NCBI RefSeq assembly: GCF_000281045.1
Contig: NW_008246088.1
Span: forward strand, 451,724-507,270
Length of the DNA stretch: 55,547 bases
Reading direction: 5' to 3'
Source: Saprolegnia diclina VS20
Taxonomy: Eukaryota
A program made the position numbers and the translations under genes. Within the stretch, counting starts at the first letter, position 1. Every line of letters begins with the position of its first letter. The notes under the pieces are model-generated. The model saw nothing but the letters and a program-made list of their open reading frames with translations, did not search any database and had not been told where the DNA came from. Shown in pieces: positions 32,822 to 45,444 of the stretch.

Positions 32822-35803
32822 CTAGTGCTCTTGGCGGCTGAAATGATACAATTCATCGCGCGTCACGAGACCGGCGAGCTCGCCCGACTTGGTCACCTAC
32901 CATTCGATTGAACAAGTACTTGACCAAATGAAAAAGTCCGTACAACGCAGAGCGACGAGAGGCCAAGGGACCGGAAGAGGCGGTAGGCTTGGGCGGCCGA
33001 GGCTTCGACTAGAGCACAAGGATGAGACGACGTCGACATATCTCAAGGTACTAGGAATCAAAAATGGAGATGGGTTGATGTAGCGCTCGAGGTTGATGAC
33101 GGTCTCGCGGTCGTTCTTGGAAAAATCGACGGCTTCGATTGAGTCTTCGCGGTCGTCGGCGTCAAAACTGCCGCGCAGGAGCTCGTCCCGCCACGCCGAC
33201 TTGTCGAGAAGCAGCGCCCCCAGTGTCGATCTAGTCGCCTCTTCAACAAACACTCAAGTAGCAAGGCTACCGTTGCAGTGTGCCAGCGAGGACAAGCGAC
33301 CCGGGTTCCTCAACAACGGCCCACGCATGGTCGTGCGTACATTCGATGAGCGTCTTGAGGAGCGTCCCCACCGTCTCGCGCTAAGAAACAACACATGAGT
33401 CCCGTGCAATGTGCAAATTTTGACGTACCTTGGAGAGGTATACGGGCTCGTCCTTCATCACATGGGCGACAGTAAACGTTTCAAACGCGTACGGCGGACT
33501 CCAATCCAAGAACGGGATGCCTCGTCCGTGGATATGCAAGTCGTACAAGCCCTAATCGCACCAACTGTTGCAGCCGAGCTCCCAGCATTGACATCAGTAC
33601 CGTGCTCAGCGAGTTGCCGACCCAGCGCGCCGACATGAGCGTCATCATGAGTGGCAGTGCGTACTGCAGATCTCCTACTCACACATCGTACTAGCATCGC
33701 TACCAAGTTGAAGCGTACCCGTCGCTTCCAAGAGGATGATCGTCAGCGAGATGGTCATGCGTGTGACGCCACCGAGCATCGCTGCCGCCCCGACAAGCGA
33801 GTAGGTGCTGAGATGCATGTAGTTGACGTCATCGGCCTGCATCTACTCGACCAAGACACGTTTAGTCGATTGAAAGCGACTAAAGTAGCGTGTACCAAGC
33901 CGCCAAAGAGGCGTCCGAGCGCGGCGCCGCTGAGAATACACGGGATGAAAACCCCGCCCGAGATGGCACTGCCAAACGTCAGTGCCGAGCCCTACCCAGT
34001 GTTAGATAATTGCATTTGAATATCGAGCGCTTACGAGAAAGAGGCAAAGGCCGTAGGCGAGCAGCGAGGCCGCGGTAAAGTCGGACGGTGCAGTCGCGAC
34101 TTCGCCAAAATGCAAGAGCTATGTAATACCGGCAGTCAGTTTTGCGACAGAAAGAAAAGGGAGAGATAGCCGTACCTGCTTGAGCGCCGTGTCGGGTGAC
34201 GTCAAGAAGAGACTCGCGAGATCGTTGTACTGGTTTGGACCACAGTAAAACTGCACCAACTAGCCCATATCCACTTGCGTTCCAGCAGCAAAATGACTCG
34301 AGATGCGTACCTCGGACCGCAGCTCGAGCTTCTCGGGGGCCGTCGCGATCGGCGTCGGCAGTGGCTTGCAGGACCCGAGGCCAAACGCGAGGCCAAACCA
34401 AAGAAACGAAACTCCGACACCGAGGCTCACGACGTGGAGCACTTTCAAAGGCGCTTTCATACTCTTCAAATTCCAGCGAAACATGAGAAGATGATTCAGG
34501 TGCGTATAAATGGCGCCGCAGATCCCGCCCTAGACAAATGTTAGCATCTCTGAATCAAATATGAGACCAAACCGCAATGCCCATGCCCACAAACACGAGG
34601 AGCTCATATGGCACGTACGCGGCCCGGTCGACGCTCGGGTCCGACATCTTGCCAAACGAGAAGAGGACCGATTTCTTTGCCTCCTCATTGAACGAGCCAC
34701 CGACAAAGACGTTGGTGCCAAACCCGACAAAGGCGGCCGTCATCGCACAGAAGAACGCGCGCCAAATGAGCTTGGGCGAGAGGAACGACGCGCCTTCTTC
34801 GAGGGCAAAGAGGACGCCGCCAATGGGCGCACCAAACGCCGCAGCGACGCCCGCCGCGGCACCGCACGTGACAAGGTCACGGACGTCCTTCTCTCGCAGC
34901 AACGTTATCTACACGAGTATCGCGGGTCATTCTAGATTAGAGATTGAGTGTACCCGCGCCGACTGCCAGCACTGGTACGTGCGCTTGGACGTCAACGTCG
35001 TGGCGACGATCGCACCACTGCGGAATAGTATGATGAGAAGGATGTGGTGGGCACTGGACAGCGGAGGAAGGGTACGTACATGTGGATGAGCGGCCCTTCG
35101 CGGCCGACTGGTAGCCCGCCGCCCACCGACATCATGATGCCCAAGGTCTACGAGCCGAGGAAGCGCATGAGCGATGGCGAGGATCGCATGTATCTGCAGG
35201 AGGACCTTGCAAATGAGCGTGGATGGGCTCATCCACGCTTTGACCAGGACGCCGTTGAGCGTGCTCTTGGTTTCAGGGATGCCCGACCCGGCAGCGGACG
35301 GCGCAAAGTACAGAATGACCGTGCTCGCCACGCCAACGAGCGTCGCATTGAAGAGGACGAGGAAGAGAAGCCCCGCGCCGGTATACGTTAGCCCGCTCTT
35401 TTCGTGCTCTAAGCGCAGGTGTCGTGAGCGCCATGCCGTTGTGATACGAGATTGTATGGCTTGTACCGAGGATGCCTCGAAGCTGCGTGTACTTCCAGTG
35501 GATGATCGAGCCCGTCGCGGTCGAGATGAAGATGGCAATGTAGGCTGTGATGACGCCAATGACAAAGCTCAGACACCATTTGAGGAACGCGCTCGTTGTC
35601 TCGTGGCCAAGGAACGACGAGATCAGCGACGTGGCCGTCGTCGGCGGCGGGTACTGCTGCAGTTGGCACTCCTGGCAGTTGCTATCGTTGTAGCACGCGG
35701 GCGAGTGCAGGTGGCCCGGCGAGTCGTACGGAACGAAGTCGACGCTCTCGTACTGCGGGCGCGCGGCCTCTTGCCGGCTAAGCGGGGCGTACGACGGCTT
35801 CAT
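32822..35803 (-). CDS. CLC chloride channel/transporter (CLC-6/7-like) with CBS domains, multi-exon
   Basis: [50 protein letters not shown]; terminal GLVTRDEL..*. Confidence 0.92.
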
Positions 35804-36415
35804 GGCCAAGTCCTGCTATGCTGATGATGCTCTCAGGACGCCCAGGGATGTTGAGGATCCTTCGAACAAGAAGAACGGACGGCGTAAGTTCGGTTTTGTA
35901 GCTGGGTGTTTCATATTTTATGTATAAAGGATAAAGATCCATAAGACTAGAAACACCGACCTTGCAACCGTGTAGAGGATAAAAACACTGCACCAAGGGC
36001 CTCTACCATATGCATACAAATTTCAAGACAGTTCTGGACGCTGGGCTTTCATGCGGAGCGCAATCCCCAGCGCACATCTGCTTCATTTGTCGGTTTAACG
36101 TTGAGTGCGTCGTTTAACGTACTTTAGCCAACCGCGACAAGTGCGAGCAACGGGTTTTAACCGGGTCTGTCGAGCTTGGACTGGAGCGGCGGGGTGACGC
36201 AAGTGGCCGGTTCGGTCGACTATCCGGAAATTGAGTGGCGTGCGTCTAGCCAATTGCGCCCATGACGTGGCAGCTCCAGCGCCGTCTCCGAGCCTTGCCG
36301 ATCCTCGCAGCCGCAACACCACGCGCACCATTCCGCGAACTGTGCGCGTGGACATAAGGCAACGCGTAGAAGTCACCGAGTGCGATCTTTAGCAGGCACA
36401 CTACAACGCGCTGCC

Positions 36416-38253
36416 ATGTCAACAATCGAGTCGACGCCGCTGCTGCATCCTACCTTCAATGCCTGGGCCGAAGGACTCGGTGTGATGCGCATGGCGCTGC
36501 CCTTGGTAACATATCGCTCGTCCAATCGAATTGTTAGAAACTGACGAGCGTAGATGGCGACGTTTGTGCTGGAGAGTCTTCCAACGCTGCTGGCACTAGC
36601 CATTGTTGGCCACCTCGACATGGCAGACGTCCAAGACTACGTTAGCGCCGCTGCCCTCTCGACAATGGTACACCGCCAAGAAGGATCTATACGTTCTGAG
36701 ATGTACAATAGCTCACTGCAGTGACGGGGATTTCGGTCGGGAATGGTCTCATCTCGGCCATGGATACACTGTGTTCCCAAGCCGTTGGCGCCAAGAAGTC
36801 TGAGCTGCTCGGGCTCCACCTGCGCACGGGTGTGCTCGTCGTCGGGTACCCTTGCACTCTATCGCTTTTGTCGACAGCCGCTCATATATGTGTAGAGCTG
36901 CATATGTGTTGATGGTACTCATCAATGTCAACGCTCAAGTTGTCCTCGAGACGCTTGGCCAGGACGCCAGAGTGGCTTCCTTCGCTGGCACCTACTCCCG
37001 CATCACGATCTTGGGGCTTCCTGGGCTCTATCTGTATGAGCTCGTAAAGCGCACGCTGCAGGCACAAAACATTGCGTCACCAATGGTGCACATTGCTCTC
37101 CTCAGCAATGGCATCTACGTTGCGCTCGCGTATCTCTTTTGCTACCACTCGCCCTTGGGTACGTCCAAGCCACTAAATGCTATCTCGATAACGAGTGACG
37201 AAGGTTTCTACGGCGCGGCATTTGCTTGGCTCGTCTCCAACTGGAGCCTCGCTCTTCTCACGCTTCTGTACCTCTGCGTCTCGTCCGCGCACCAATCCTG
37301 GGCACTGGACACCACGAGCTGGCGCCAAGCAAGCATGCATGCGCCTGCCTTTTTGCAGCTCGGGGCCGCAGGTATGCATATTGCGATGCAACAGCGTAGC
37401 TACTATTGTGTTAGGCATGGCGATGATGCTCATGGAATGGTGGGCGTTCGAGCTCATGGCGCTCCTCGCGGGCATGCTCGTCCATCCTGCCGTGGCCATT
37501 AGTGTTCACGCCGTACAACGCGCGTCTCATGTATGTATCCTGCTCACCATTGGCTCGTCTAGATCGTCGCCAACGTCTCGTCATCGGTCTACAGTATCTT
37601 TCTCGGGGTCTCGGTGGCCACGGGCGTCCGCGTCGGGCAGTTGATTGGCGCCGACAACGTTGCGCACGCCAAGCACATGTCGACGCTCGGGCTCGCGCTC
37701 ACTGCAGCCACCGGCGTGTTCGTCGGTACGTCACGCACCCTCTGTATGGATGTATCACCGCATCTCGCGTAGCTCTTGGACTCGTGGCGGCACGGGCATA
37801 CATCCCAACCTGGATCGTCAACGACCCGACAACGATTGCGTAGACACTGCGTTGATATATTGACATTTCAAGAATATGCTCGTAGACAAGCGCAGGACAC
37901 GCTGCTGGTGCTCGCGATCTTCGAGGTGCTCGATGGCGTCAACTGCACGGCCAAGGGCATTCTACGCGCCATGGGCAAGCAGCATCTCGGTACCACTGTC
38001 GCACGCGGCCATGACGTTATTGTACATGGTGCGACTAGGTGTTTACGTCAGCCTCTTTGCCTACTATGTGGTGGGCGTACCGCTGGCGGCTCTTCTCGGG
38101 CTCTACTACGCTGTGGGGGTCGCCGGTCTTTGGGTCGGTCTTGCAGCGGGTGTCTCCTTCTCGGCGCTGACGCTCACGGGCATCGTTCTGTACCCGGGCA
38201 ACTGGTCTACGATAGTCAACCATGCGACCAAAGCGTCGATGTCCCTCGCATAA
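36416..38253 (+). CDS. MATE family transporter, multi-exon
   Basis: GLISAMDTLCSQAVGAK, LQAQNI, MEWWAFELMALLAG, RVGQLIGA, FEVLDGVN..GILRAMGKQ, YYVVGVPL, GLWVGL. Confidence 0.92.
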
Positions 38254-38327
38254 TCGCTCGTGTCGACTGTACACAAATCTGTATAACCTCGTTATTCACA
38301 GAGTTACATGCTATATATCGTTGAGCT

Positions 38328-39674
38328 CTAAAAGTCAGGGTCCGAGTCAGAACCCGACTCGGACGCGCCCGAGCCGGACTTGGATCCGTTCGACTCGACC
38401 TCCGAGCCTGAGCCGGACTCGTCGTCGTTGTCGATCGAGTCGGCGACCGAAACTTCGTCCTCGCTCTCGTCGTCTTCTGACCCTTTGGCCGCTTTGGCCG
38501 TTGCCGACGACTTGGCAACGACGGCGGGCGTGTCGTCGTCTTCACTCTCGTCGTCTTCACTTTCGTCTTCGCTTTCGGACGAGTTGACATTGGCATTCGC
38601 CTTGCTCTTGCGCCGACCGTCGGGTTGGTCCTTGCTCACCTTGGCCATCGAGCTCTGCTGCTGCTGGTTGCTCTTGGCGTCGTGGTCGGAGCTCGGCAGT
38701 GGCGCGTCGCCGGGCTCCTCTTGTTCGCCGCGCAAAATCGCGAGTTCGTCGTCGCGGAACTTTTTCTGCATCTTCTTGAGCGTCCGGTCGTTCTCTTGCA
38801 GCTTCTTGAGCTCGCGGTCGTTGTGCAAGTCGAGCTCGCGCTGGAGGTAGTCGAGGTTGCGGAAGCGCTCGCAGTAGATCGCATACTGGCGCTCCAGCTC
38901 CTTCTCGAGCTTCTCGTACTCGTCCATGAACGCTGGGCGGACGTTCTGGAGCGACTTGAGTCGCTTCTCGCTGCGCTCGAGGTCGCCTTGGGCTTTCTTG
39001 ATCTTGGCGCTCAGCGCCTTCTCTTCCGCGTCGAGCTCGGCGCACTGCCGCTCCATGCTCTCGACGTTCTCAGAGACGCCTGCGATGAGCTCCTTGATGG
39101 ACTTTTCGAGAAACTTGTGCTCGGCCGTCGCCTCGAGGTTGGACGAGACCGTGTCGAGGAACCGAAGCGCATTCGAGCGCGCCTCACGGACGTCGAGTTC
39201 GTTCTCGAGCAGGTCAAAGAGCTTGGCACCGCAGTCAGTAATCTCGGCCGAGAGGGCGCGCGTGGCCTTGGCGTCCTTGAGCTTGGAGCCGAGGAGGCTC
39301 TTGGTCGAGACCTCGTCGTCGTCGGTCTCGAGGCTCGACGGGTCGATGCGCGACGCTTCGTAGAGCACCTTGGCGACCTTGAGGAGCTCTTTCACCGCAA
39401 AGCCGTCGGCCGCATACAGCTTCTTGGGGTTGAGGCGGATGCGCGCCTTGTTGAAGAACTCGGACGTGACCGAAGTCAGGAACGTAATGCGGTCTTCCTC
39501 CGTGTCGATCTCCTCCGTGACGCTCGAGCTCGGGTCGTACTTTTTCGCCATCCAGTAGAGGAGGTCCGACACGAGCTCAAAGTTGGGCGTCCGGAAGTTC
39601 TCGACCGAGACGGGCCGCGGGTACCCCAGCGCCCGCATCATCTCGGTCAGGTTGCGCAACTCGCGGAAGGACAT
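38328..39674 (-). CDS. CLUAP1: Clusterin-associated protein 1 / IFT38 (IFT-B subunit)
   Basis: MSFRELRNLTEMMRALGYPRPVSVENFRTPNFELV; LYAADGFAVKELLK; RPAFMDEYEKLE; FRNLDYL; acidic tail. Confidence 0.95.
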   Translation of the reverse strand: MSFRELRNLTEMMRALGYPRPVSVENFRTPNFELVSDLLYWMAKKYDPSSSVTEEIDTEEDRITFLTSVTSEFFNKARIRLNPKKLYAADGFAVKELLKVAKVLYEASRIDPSSLETDDDEVSTKSLLGSKLKDAKATRALSAEITDCGAKLFDLLENELDVREARSNALRFLDTVSSNLEATAEHKFLEKSIKELIAGVSENVESMERQCAELDAEEKALSAKIKKAQGDLERSEKRLKSLQNVRPAFMDEYEKLEKELERQYAIYCERFRNLDYLQRELDLHNDRELKKLQENDRTLKKMQKKFRDDELAILRGEQEEPGDAPLPSSDHDAKSNQQQQSSMAKVSKDQPDGRRKSKANANVNSSESEDESEDDESEDDDTPAVVAKSSATAKAAKGSEDDESEDEVSVADSIDNDDESGSGSEVESNGSKSGSGASESGSDSDPDF

Positions 39675-40010
39675 GGTGGCGGCGTCGCTTGGCAAAGATA
39701 CACTGGGCAATGACTAACTGACCAACTATTCCAACGACTAGCGTTCGACTAGTGTTCGACTTGAATAAACGACTCGAGTTCCACGTGAAATGGAGAGATC
39801 GACTAACTGAGCGACTCGTCCAATGGCTTGCGTTTGACTCGATTGAACGACTAGAGTTCCGCGTGACGACATCGAGCGACCGACTAGTTTCGAGTCTCGC
39901 ACCAGCTTGAACGCTGTGGAAGCGTTCGGTGATGGACTCCCCGAGATCGACTCAGTTAGTAGGTGGTTGTACTTGAATGCAATCCATCAATATATATTTC
40001 AGTCGATTGC

Positions 40011-43000
40011 CTACTTTTTGACAAAGACAAGCGTCGCCATGCTCTTGCGGACGTCGTCGCTGACCGCGTTGCAATCGATGAACTCTTCGACGACGCTGCC
40101 GGCCTTGAGCTTCTCAGCCTCGAGGGTCGCGTCCAACTCAAAGCCCGAGGACGCAATCGAGTGGTCGCCAACGACGAGGCGCGGCAAGAGCGGCGTCACT
40201 TCGTCAAAGAACGACGCGTAGAGCTCCATGTCGGACGGGGGCGCCGGGTGCATCTCGCAGAGCTGCGCTTCGTCGAGCGCGTTGCAGATGAATTGGCGGT
40301 CCTTTTCGTTTTTGAAAAATTTCTTGGAGAGGAGCCCGCGCGCCTTGACGTGCTGCTCCAAGCCCGCGTAGACGCCCGACTGGATCTTGTACGTACAGCC
40401 GCCCCGAACCGCGGCTTCAAACACGGCGCCGACATCATCGACGTCGATCGAGGCATCGCGGAGATACAGGATAAAGTCCGACTTGACGTTCTTCGCCTCC
40501 TTCTCCCAGAACGAGAGGCTCTCGCCCGACTCGACGTACCGGTCGTAGATCGGGTCGGACGACGACGCGCCCATGGCCGTGCCCACGTACACGCGCTTGA
40601 GGCCGCGCGAAGCCGCGTACTCTTCAATGTCGAGCGGCGGCGCGTCGAGCATCGGGGGCAGCAAGAGCGCGGCCTTGGCATCGTCAAGCGTGCTACTCTC
40701 TTTCCGAAGCAGCTCTTGCAGCCGCATGTTGCTGAGGCTGCGCTTGAGCGACGAGCCGCTCGAGACATCTTGGAGCGTCTCCTCTGGTGCCGACATGGAG
40801 CGCACTTGGCGCGTGAGGCTACTCGATCCGATTTGGACGCTTGACGACGACGACGGTGGCGGCGGCGTGGAGAACGTGTGCGGGTCGTGCTCCTTCATCG
40901 CGATCGGCAGCATGAACGACGACGCGAGCGCCGCGTCAAACGAAAAGAACTCTTCCTTGTCTTGCGTCTGCATCCACAAGAGCGACTTTTCGGAGATGGT
41001 CGAGTCTTCGAGCACGGCCGAGCTCGTCGCGCTGCTCTTGCGCATCAGCAGCGGCTTGCCGTCGCCATGCGCGGGGCTCGGGAGGAGGAGCTTGTCCGTA
41101 AAGAACTTTGGCGCGTCAAACGCCTCGACCGCCGACTTCCACCACGTCTCGTTGAGCAGCGACGCGCGGAGGCGGAGGTACTCGGCCTTGGAGCTCGGAC
41201 CAAGGCTGCGCTTGAGCGCGACGAGGTTGTGGATGCGGTGGAACGGGCCCATGTCGGGCAGCGCCAACGGCCGCTCGACCTGAAAATTGTGCAGGTAGTA
41301 GTCGCTCTCGAGTTCCCAGAGCGGCGGCTCGGACGCCCGCGGCACAAAGTTGCCAAGGAAGAGGTTGATCGCGTCCTGCTTGGCCATGTCCGTAAACGCG
41401 TTGCTGTAGTAGCGACGAATCGACGTGAGCAGCTCCCAGTGCTTGATCGTATCTTTTGATGGCGCCACCTTCTTATTGGCCTCCGACCCGCCGTACTGCA
41501 TCGAGATGATGTCGCCCATGCGCCCGAACATGCGCGTGAGCTCGGCCAAGATCGGCGACGACGTCTCAAGGTGCGGCGTGTTGCGGATGCCCATCGCATA
41601 GAGCTGTTGGCCGAGGGCCTACGCGCAAGCGCTTGTGAGTTTTTGAAGTTGGCCGGATTTTCGAGCCGAGGTACCCGCATCGCGACGCTGAATTGGGCGA
41701 CGTTGGTGCGGTCGAGGCAGTCGATGCAGTTGGTGCGAAGCACGCCGTGCTGCTCGAGCCAGTCGCCGGAGTCGCGCGGGATCGTCGGACTGGACGGTCG
41801 CGCCTCGCCCGTCGACACGGGTGGTACCGGCTACACACAAAGTCTCGCATCCAGTGGCAATGACCAGATATGTTCGTACGCCATAGGAGGACGGGGGCCG
41901 CGCGGGCGACGCGCGACGGGCCGTGCGCTTGTTGGCCCCTAGTCAAATCGACCATTATGAACGGCGATACGGACGCGATATCGTACCCGAGCCCAGGTGG
42001 CGCTTGGGGGCCGAGCAGAAAAAGCCTGTTTGATCGAGGGCCCACGTGCCGACCTTGTCGAGCGCTTGGCGCACGGCTTCGACGCGGGAGCCTTGCTCGA
42101 CGCGCATCTTGCTCAGGCGCGAGTAGTCAAGCGCGACGTAGCGCAGCTTGTGCTCTTGCGGAATGAACGTGTTGATGTACTCGACCGCGCTCTTGAAGCC
42201 CGTGCCGACAATCATTTCGCGCTGGACCTTCTCGTGCTGCTTGACGAGGTTGAGCACCAGCGTCGGCGACCCGTAGCGCTCAAAGAGGTCCACAAAGTGG
42301 GCTTGGGTCGCGGCGTACGACGGGTCAACGCGGTTGACTACAAATACAAGCACTCAGCGATAAGTCCAGGGAATAAGAAAGCTTGTACGCTGGATCGGTG
42401 GTTTCGGGATCGTCACGCTCGTCTCTTGGGCCCAGAAAATCGGGATCGACCCACGGTACTGGACGAACGCGCTGAACTTGCCATGAGTGTTTTCGTCCTC
42501 AATGATCTGCTCGGTTTCGACGTCGTTGGCAACCTTGCCCGTGTCGGCAATCTAGATAAGATCCAAATATGCTGTCAGCCTGACAGATTCAAAGGGCTCG
42601 TGCTGATTGGCTACGTACGCCGCGTTTGAGGTAGCGCGTGCCGGCGAAATGGCGCGATCGCCGCGCGAGCACGATCACCGAAATGAGTCGACCAAAGAGC
42701 GAGCACTTGCGCTGCTCGTAAAAGCCAAGGAGGAGCGGCTGGACCCACTCGGCGCTCGCGGGCGACGATAATGCCGCCGTAAACTCCTTGTTGAGGTGGT
42801 GGTTCCACTCAAACCTAGTCCATCGTCAATCTCATGTACGATGGCAAATCATGGCATGCATACATGTCGAGCGACTTGGTCTGGTCCGTCGTCATGTTGT
42901 GCTGCAGCGTGTGCGTGAGGTCGTACGTGTAGCTGTAGTAAAAGTCCTTGGTCAAGTCCACAAAGTGGAAGAGCCCGAGGTACCGCGCCTCCGCGTCCTC

Positions 43001-43942
43001 GATCGGGCTCGGGTTGAGCCAGCGCGAGACCCACGTCCAGGACGATCCGTCCGACTTTGGGCGGCGAATCGGGAGGCACTGTGTCGCCTGGATCGCGTAG
43101 ATGAAGTGGCCGCCAATGCACCCAATCTTGCGGCGCTGCGTGACCACGATGAGGTAGTAGCCTTGCAGAAACTTGATAAAACCAACGATCGCGACGGCCG
43201 AGAAGGCGCGCACGAGGCCGTACTTGGTCGCCGCCCGCGCCTCCGTGTCGAGGCCTTGCAAGAGCGCCTCCATCTCTTCCCAGCTGTAGACCGCCGGGTC
43301 TTCCTTGAAGATCGCGTCGAGTGACGACGGTGCATCCTCGAGGCGGTCGAGCGAGAAGAGGCGGAAGCGCGAGTACGTGCGGTCCGAGCCCACGACGTAA
43401 AAGTGCGTCTGCGTCTCGTAGACCGTGATGCGCTCAAAGCGCGAGAGGTTGGTCGCGAGGCGCGGCTGGCGACGGCGGAGCGCGGGCTTGGCCGGCGTCC
43501 GCGCCTTCCCGCGCTTCTCGTACTCGGGCGCGATCTTGACGGGCAGCGACGTCGGTGGCGTGCGGACGAGGAGGCGCGGGTTGGGCACGCGGCCCTCGGC
43601 GAGCGCGAGCTTGGACGTGGTGAGCACGTCAAACCACCACTCAATGTCGTGGCTTTCCGGCGCCGACGACAGCGTCTCCTTCTTCTTTTGCTGGACAAAC
43701 TCGAGCTCGATGCAGTACCGGCCGTCGTTGCGCACGTGCTGGATCGAGCACTGCAGCATCTTCCAGCTCAAGAGCCGGCGGTGCTTCTGCCCGTCGAGGT
43801 ACACGGAGAAAACGCCGGTCGCGTACTCAAACTCGCACCACACGCGGCCCCAGTCGCCCGTGCCCTTCATGTTGAAGAAGCCCGTCGTCGTGCGCCGGAA
43901 GAGCCATCCCGAGATCGCCTTGCCGCTCGCGTCCGTCGTCAT
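40011..43942 (-). CDS. FIG4: FIG4-like SAC-domain phosphoinositide phosphatase with N-terminal PH-like domain, multi-exon
   Basis: LTKDFYYSYTYDLTHTLQ, ARRSRHFAGTRYLKR, VQYRGSIPIFWAQE, catalytic RTNCIDCLDRTN (CX5RT), QYGGSEA, RRYYSNAFTD..KQDAINLFLG. Confidence 0.92.
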
Positions 43943-44407
43943 TGCCTCGGGCCGGAACCAATTTTACAAGTTTGATCGGTGCCCCGGGGTCCGACCGATC
44001 ACCCTCGACTTCTGCACGGAATCCAAGACCGTGGTGCGTCGTGGATGGGACACCTCCGACAAGGCGTCAGCAAGCATCGATTCTGGTGCTGCGCAGATAC
44101 AACGTTTAGTGCGATCGCTGGTTGCTCCAGACGAGACCTGGGTTGAGATTCGTCAGTCCAGCGCGTGCCCCGGGAGCATGTATTTGTTTAAGGGAATTCA
44201 ACTGGATTTGGTCTTGCTTGCCCTTCTTTCCTATGCTTTGGAATGACGGTCTTCTTCTAGATACGTCCTCACGAGACCAACAAGACCAGCCATCGATCGC
44301 CGCGGGCGCGTTGACGAGCACCCCAGATTGTACTATGTGTGGGCATTGATAGACTCATCTTAAAATGAAATTAGATATAGGACGCGGGCGATCGCATGGC
44401 TCGCTGC

Positions 44408-45412
44408 TTACATCTCAAAGAGGCTGTTCAAGACAACGTTCACGTCGCCCTTGGCAGCCTCCAGGAGCGCAGTGGCGCGGACAGCGTCGACGTCCGGGAA
44501 GACCTCGCGGATGAGGACGAGCTGCGCGGCCCACTTAAGCTCTTCGGCGCTGGGCTCAGGGGCAGCTTCGACAACCACGGGGGCTTCCTCGACAACCTGC
44601 TCCCATTCGGCCTCGACCTGCTCTTCGGCGACGACCGGCGCCTCGACCGTAACTTCAGCGATCTCGACTTCGGCTTCGGCGACGACGGGGGCAGCCACGG
44701 GCGTCGCAGTCTTCTCCTTGAGCTGCTGGATTTCCTCCACGAGCTGGTTGGCGTACGCGGCAATCGTGTCGGCAGCAGACTTGACGCCGTCCGACGTGTC
44801 CTTGACGAGGCGGTCGAAGTCGATTTCGTTCAGGCTCTTCTTCAAGTGCTCAAACTCGATCTCGTTGAGGCTCTTCTTGGCGGCTTCAAAGGCGACCTTC
44901 GACTCCTCGACCGTCTTGTGGTAGGCCTTGTTGATGACGACGCCCGTCTGCTGCATCTTCTCGTTGAGGACAACGCCCGTGGCCTGGGCCGTCTCCTGCG
45001 CCTTGGTCGCAAGTTCGGCGCTGCGCTGCTTCCACTGCTCGCTCTTGACCTTCTCCATGGCCTGGTGCAAGCTCTCGACAAGCGACTCGATAATCTTCAA
45101 GATCGGGTCGGCGACGTTGTCGTGGAAGGCCGCCTCCATGGTCGGCACGGCCATAAAGCGAAGGCTCTTGACCGCATCGCCCGACGAGAGGAAGACGTTG
45201 CACGCCTCCTCGAACTCCGAGGCCGAGCCCACATGGAGGCAGTCGTTCTCGTTGTCCTTGTACTGGATGACAAAGCTGCCAGCTTCGAGCTTGAAGGTCT
45301 CGCGGAAGAGCGCTTCGAGGTCGGCGAAGGCGAAGGCCGCGAGGTCGACGCGGACGCGGTGGATCTCGCCCTTGTAGCCGACCTTGATGGCGGTCATGCG
45401 CTGCTGGTTCAT
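44408..45412 (-). CDS. PB1 domain + helical region + C-terminal UBA-like domain protein (p62/NBR1-like)
   Basis: PB1 AIKVGYKGEIHR..IQYKDNENDCL; EAEWEQV; C-terminal WAAQLVLIREVFPD..LLEAAKGDVNVVLNSLF. Confidence 0.8.
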   Translation of the reverse strand: MNQQRMTAIKVGYKGEIHRVRVDLAAFAFADLEALFRETFKLEAGSFVIQYKDNENDCLHVGSASEFEEACNVFLSSGDAVKSLRFMAVPTMEAAFHDNVADPILKIIESLVESLHQAMEKVKSEQWKQRSAELATKAQETAQATGVVLNEKMQQTGVVINKAYHKTVEESKVAFEAAKKSLNEIEFEHLKKSLNEIDFDRLVKDTSDGVKSAADTIAAYANQLVEEIQQLKEKTATPVAAPVVAEAEVEIAEVTVEAPVVAEEQVEAEWEQVVEEAPVVVEAAPEPSAEELKWAAQLVLIREVFPDVDAVRATALLEAAKGDVNVVLNSLFEM

Positions 45413-45428
45413 CTTGCTGGGGGTGAGT

Positions 45429-45444
45429 AAATTCACAAATGATC
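45429..45444 (-). promoter_or_regulatory. Oomycete Inr+FPR core promoter of PB1 gene
   Basis: GATCATTTGTGAATTT on the - strand, 17 nt upstream of ATG 45412. Confidence 0.65.
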
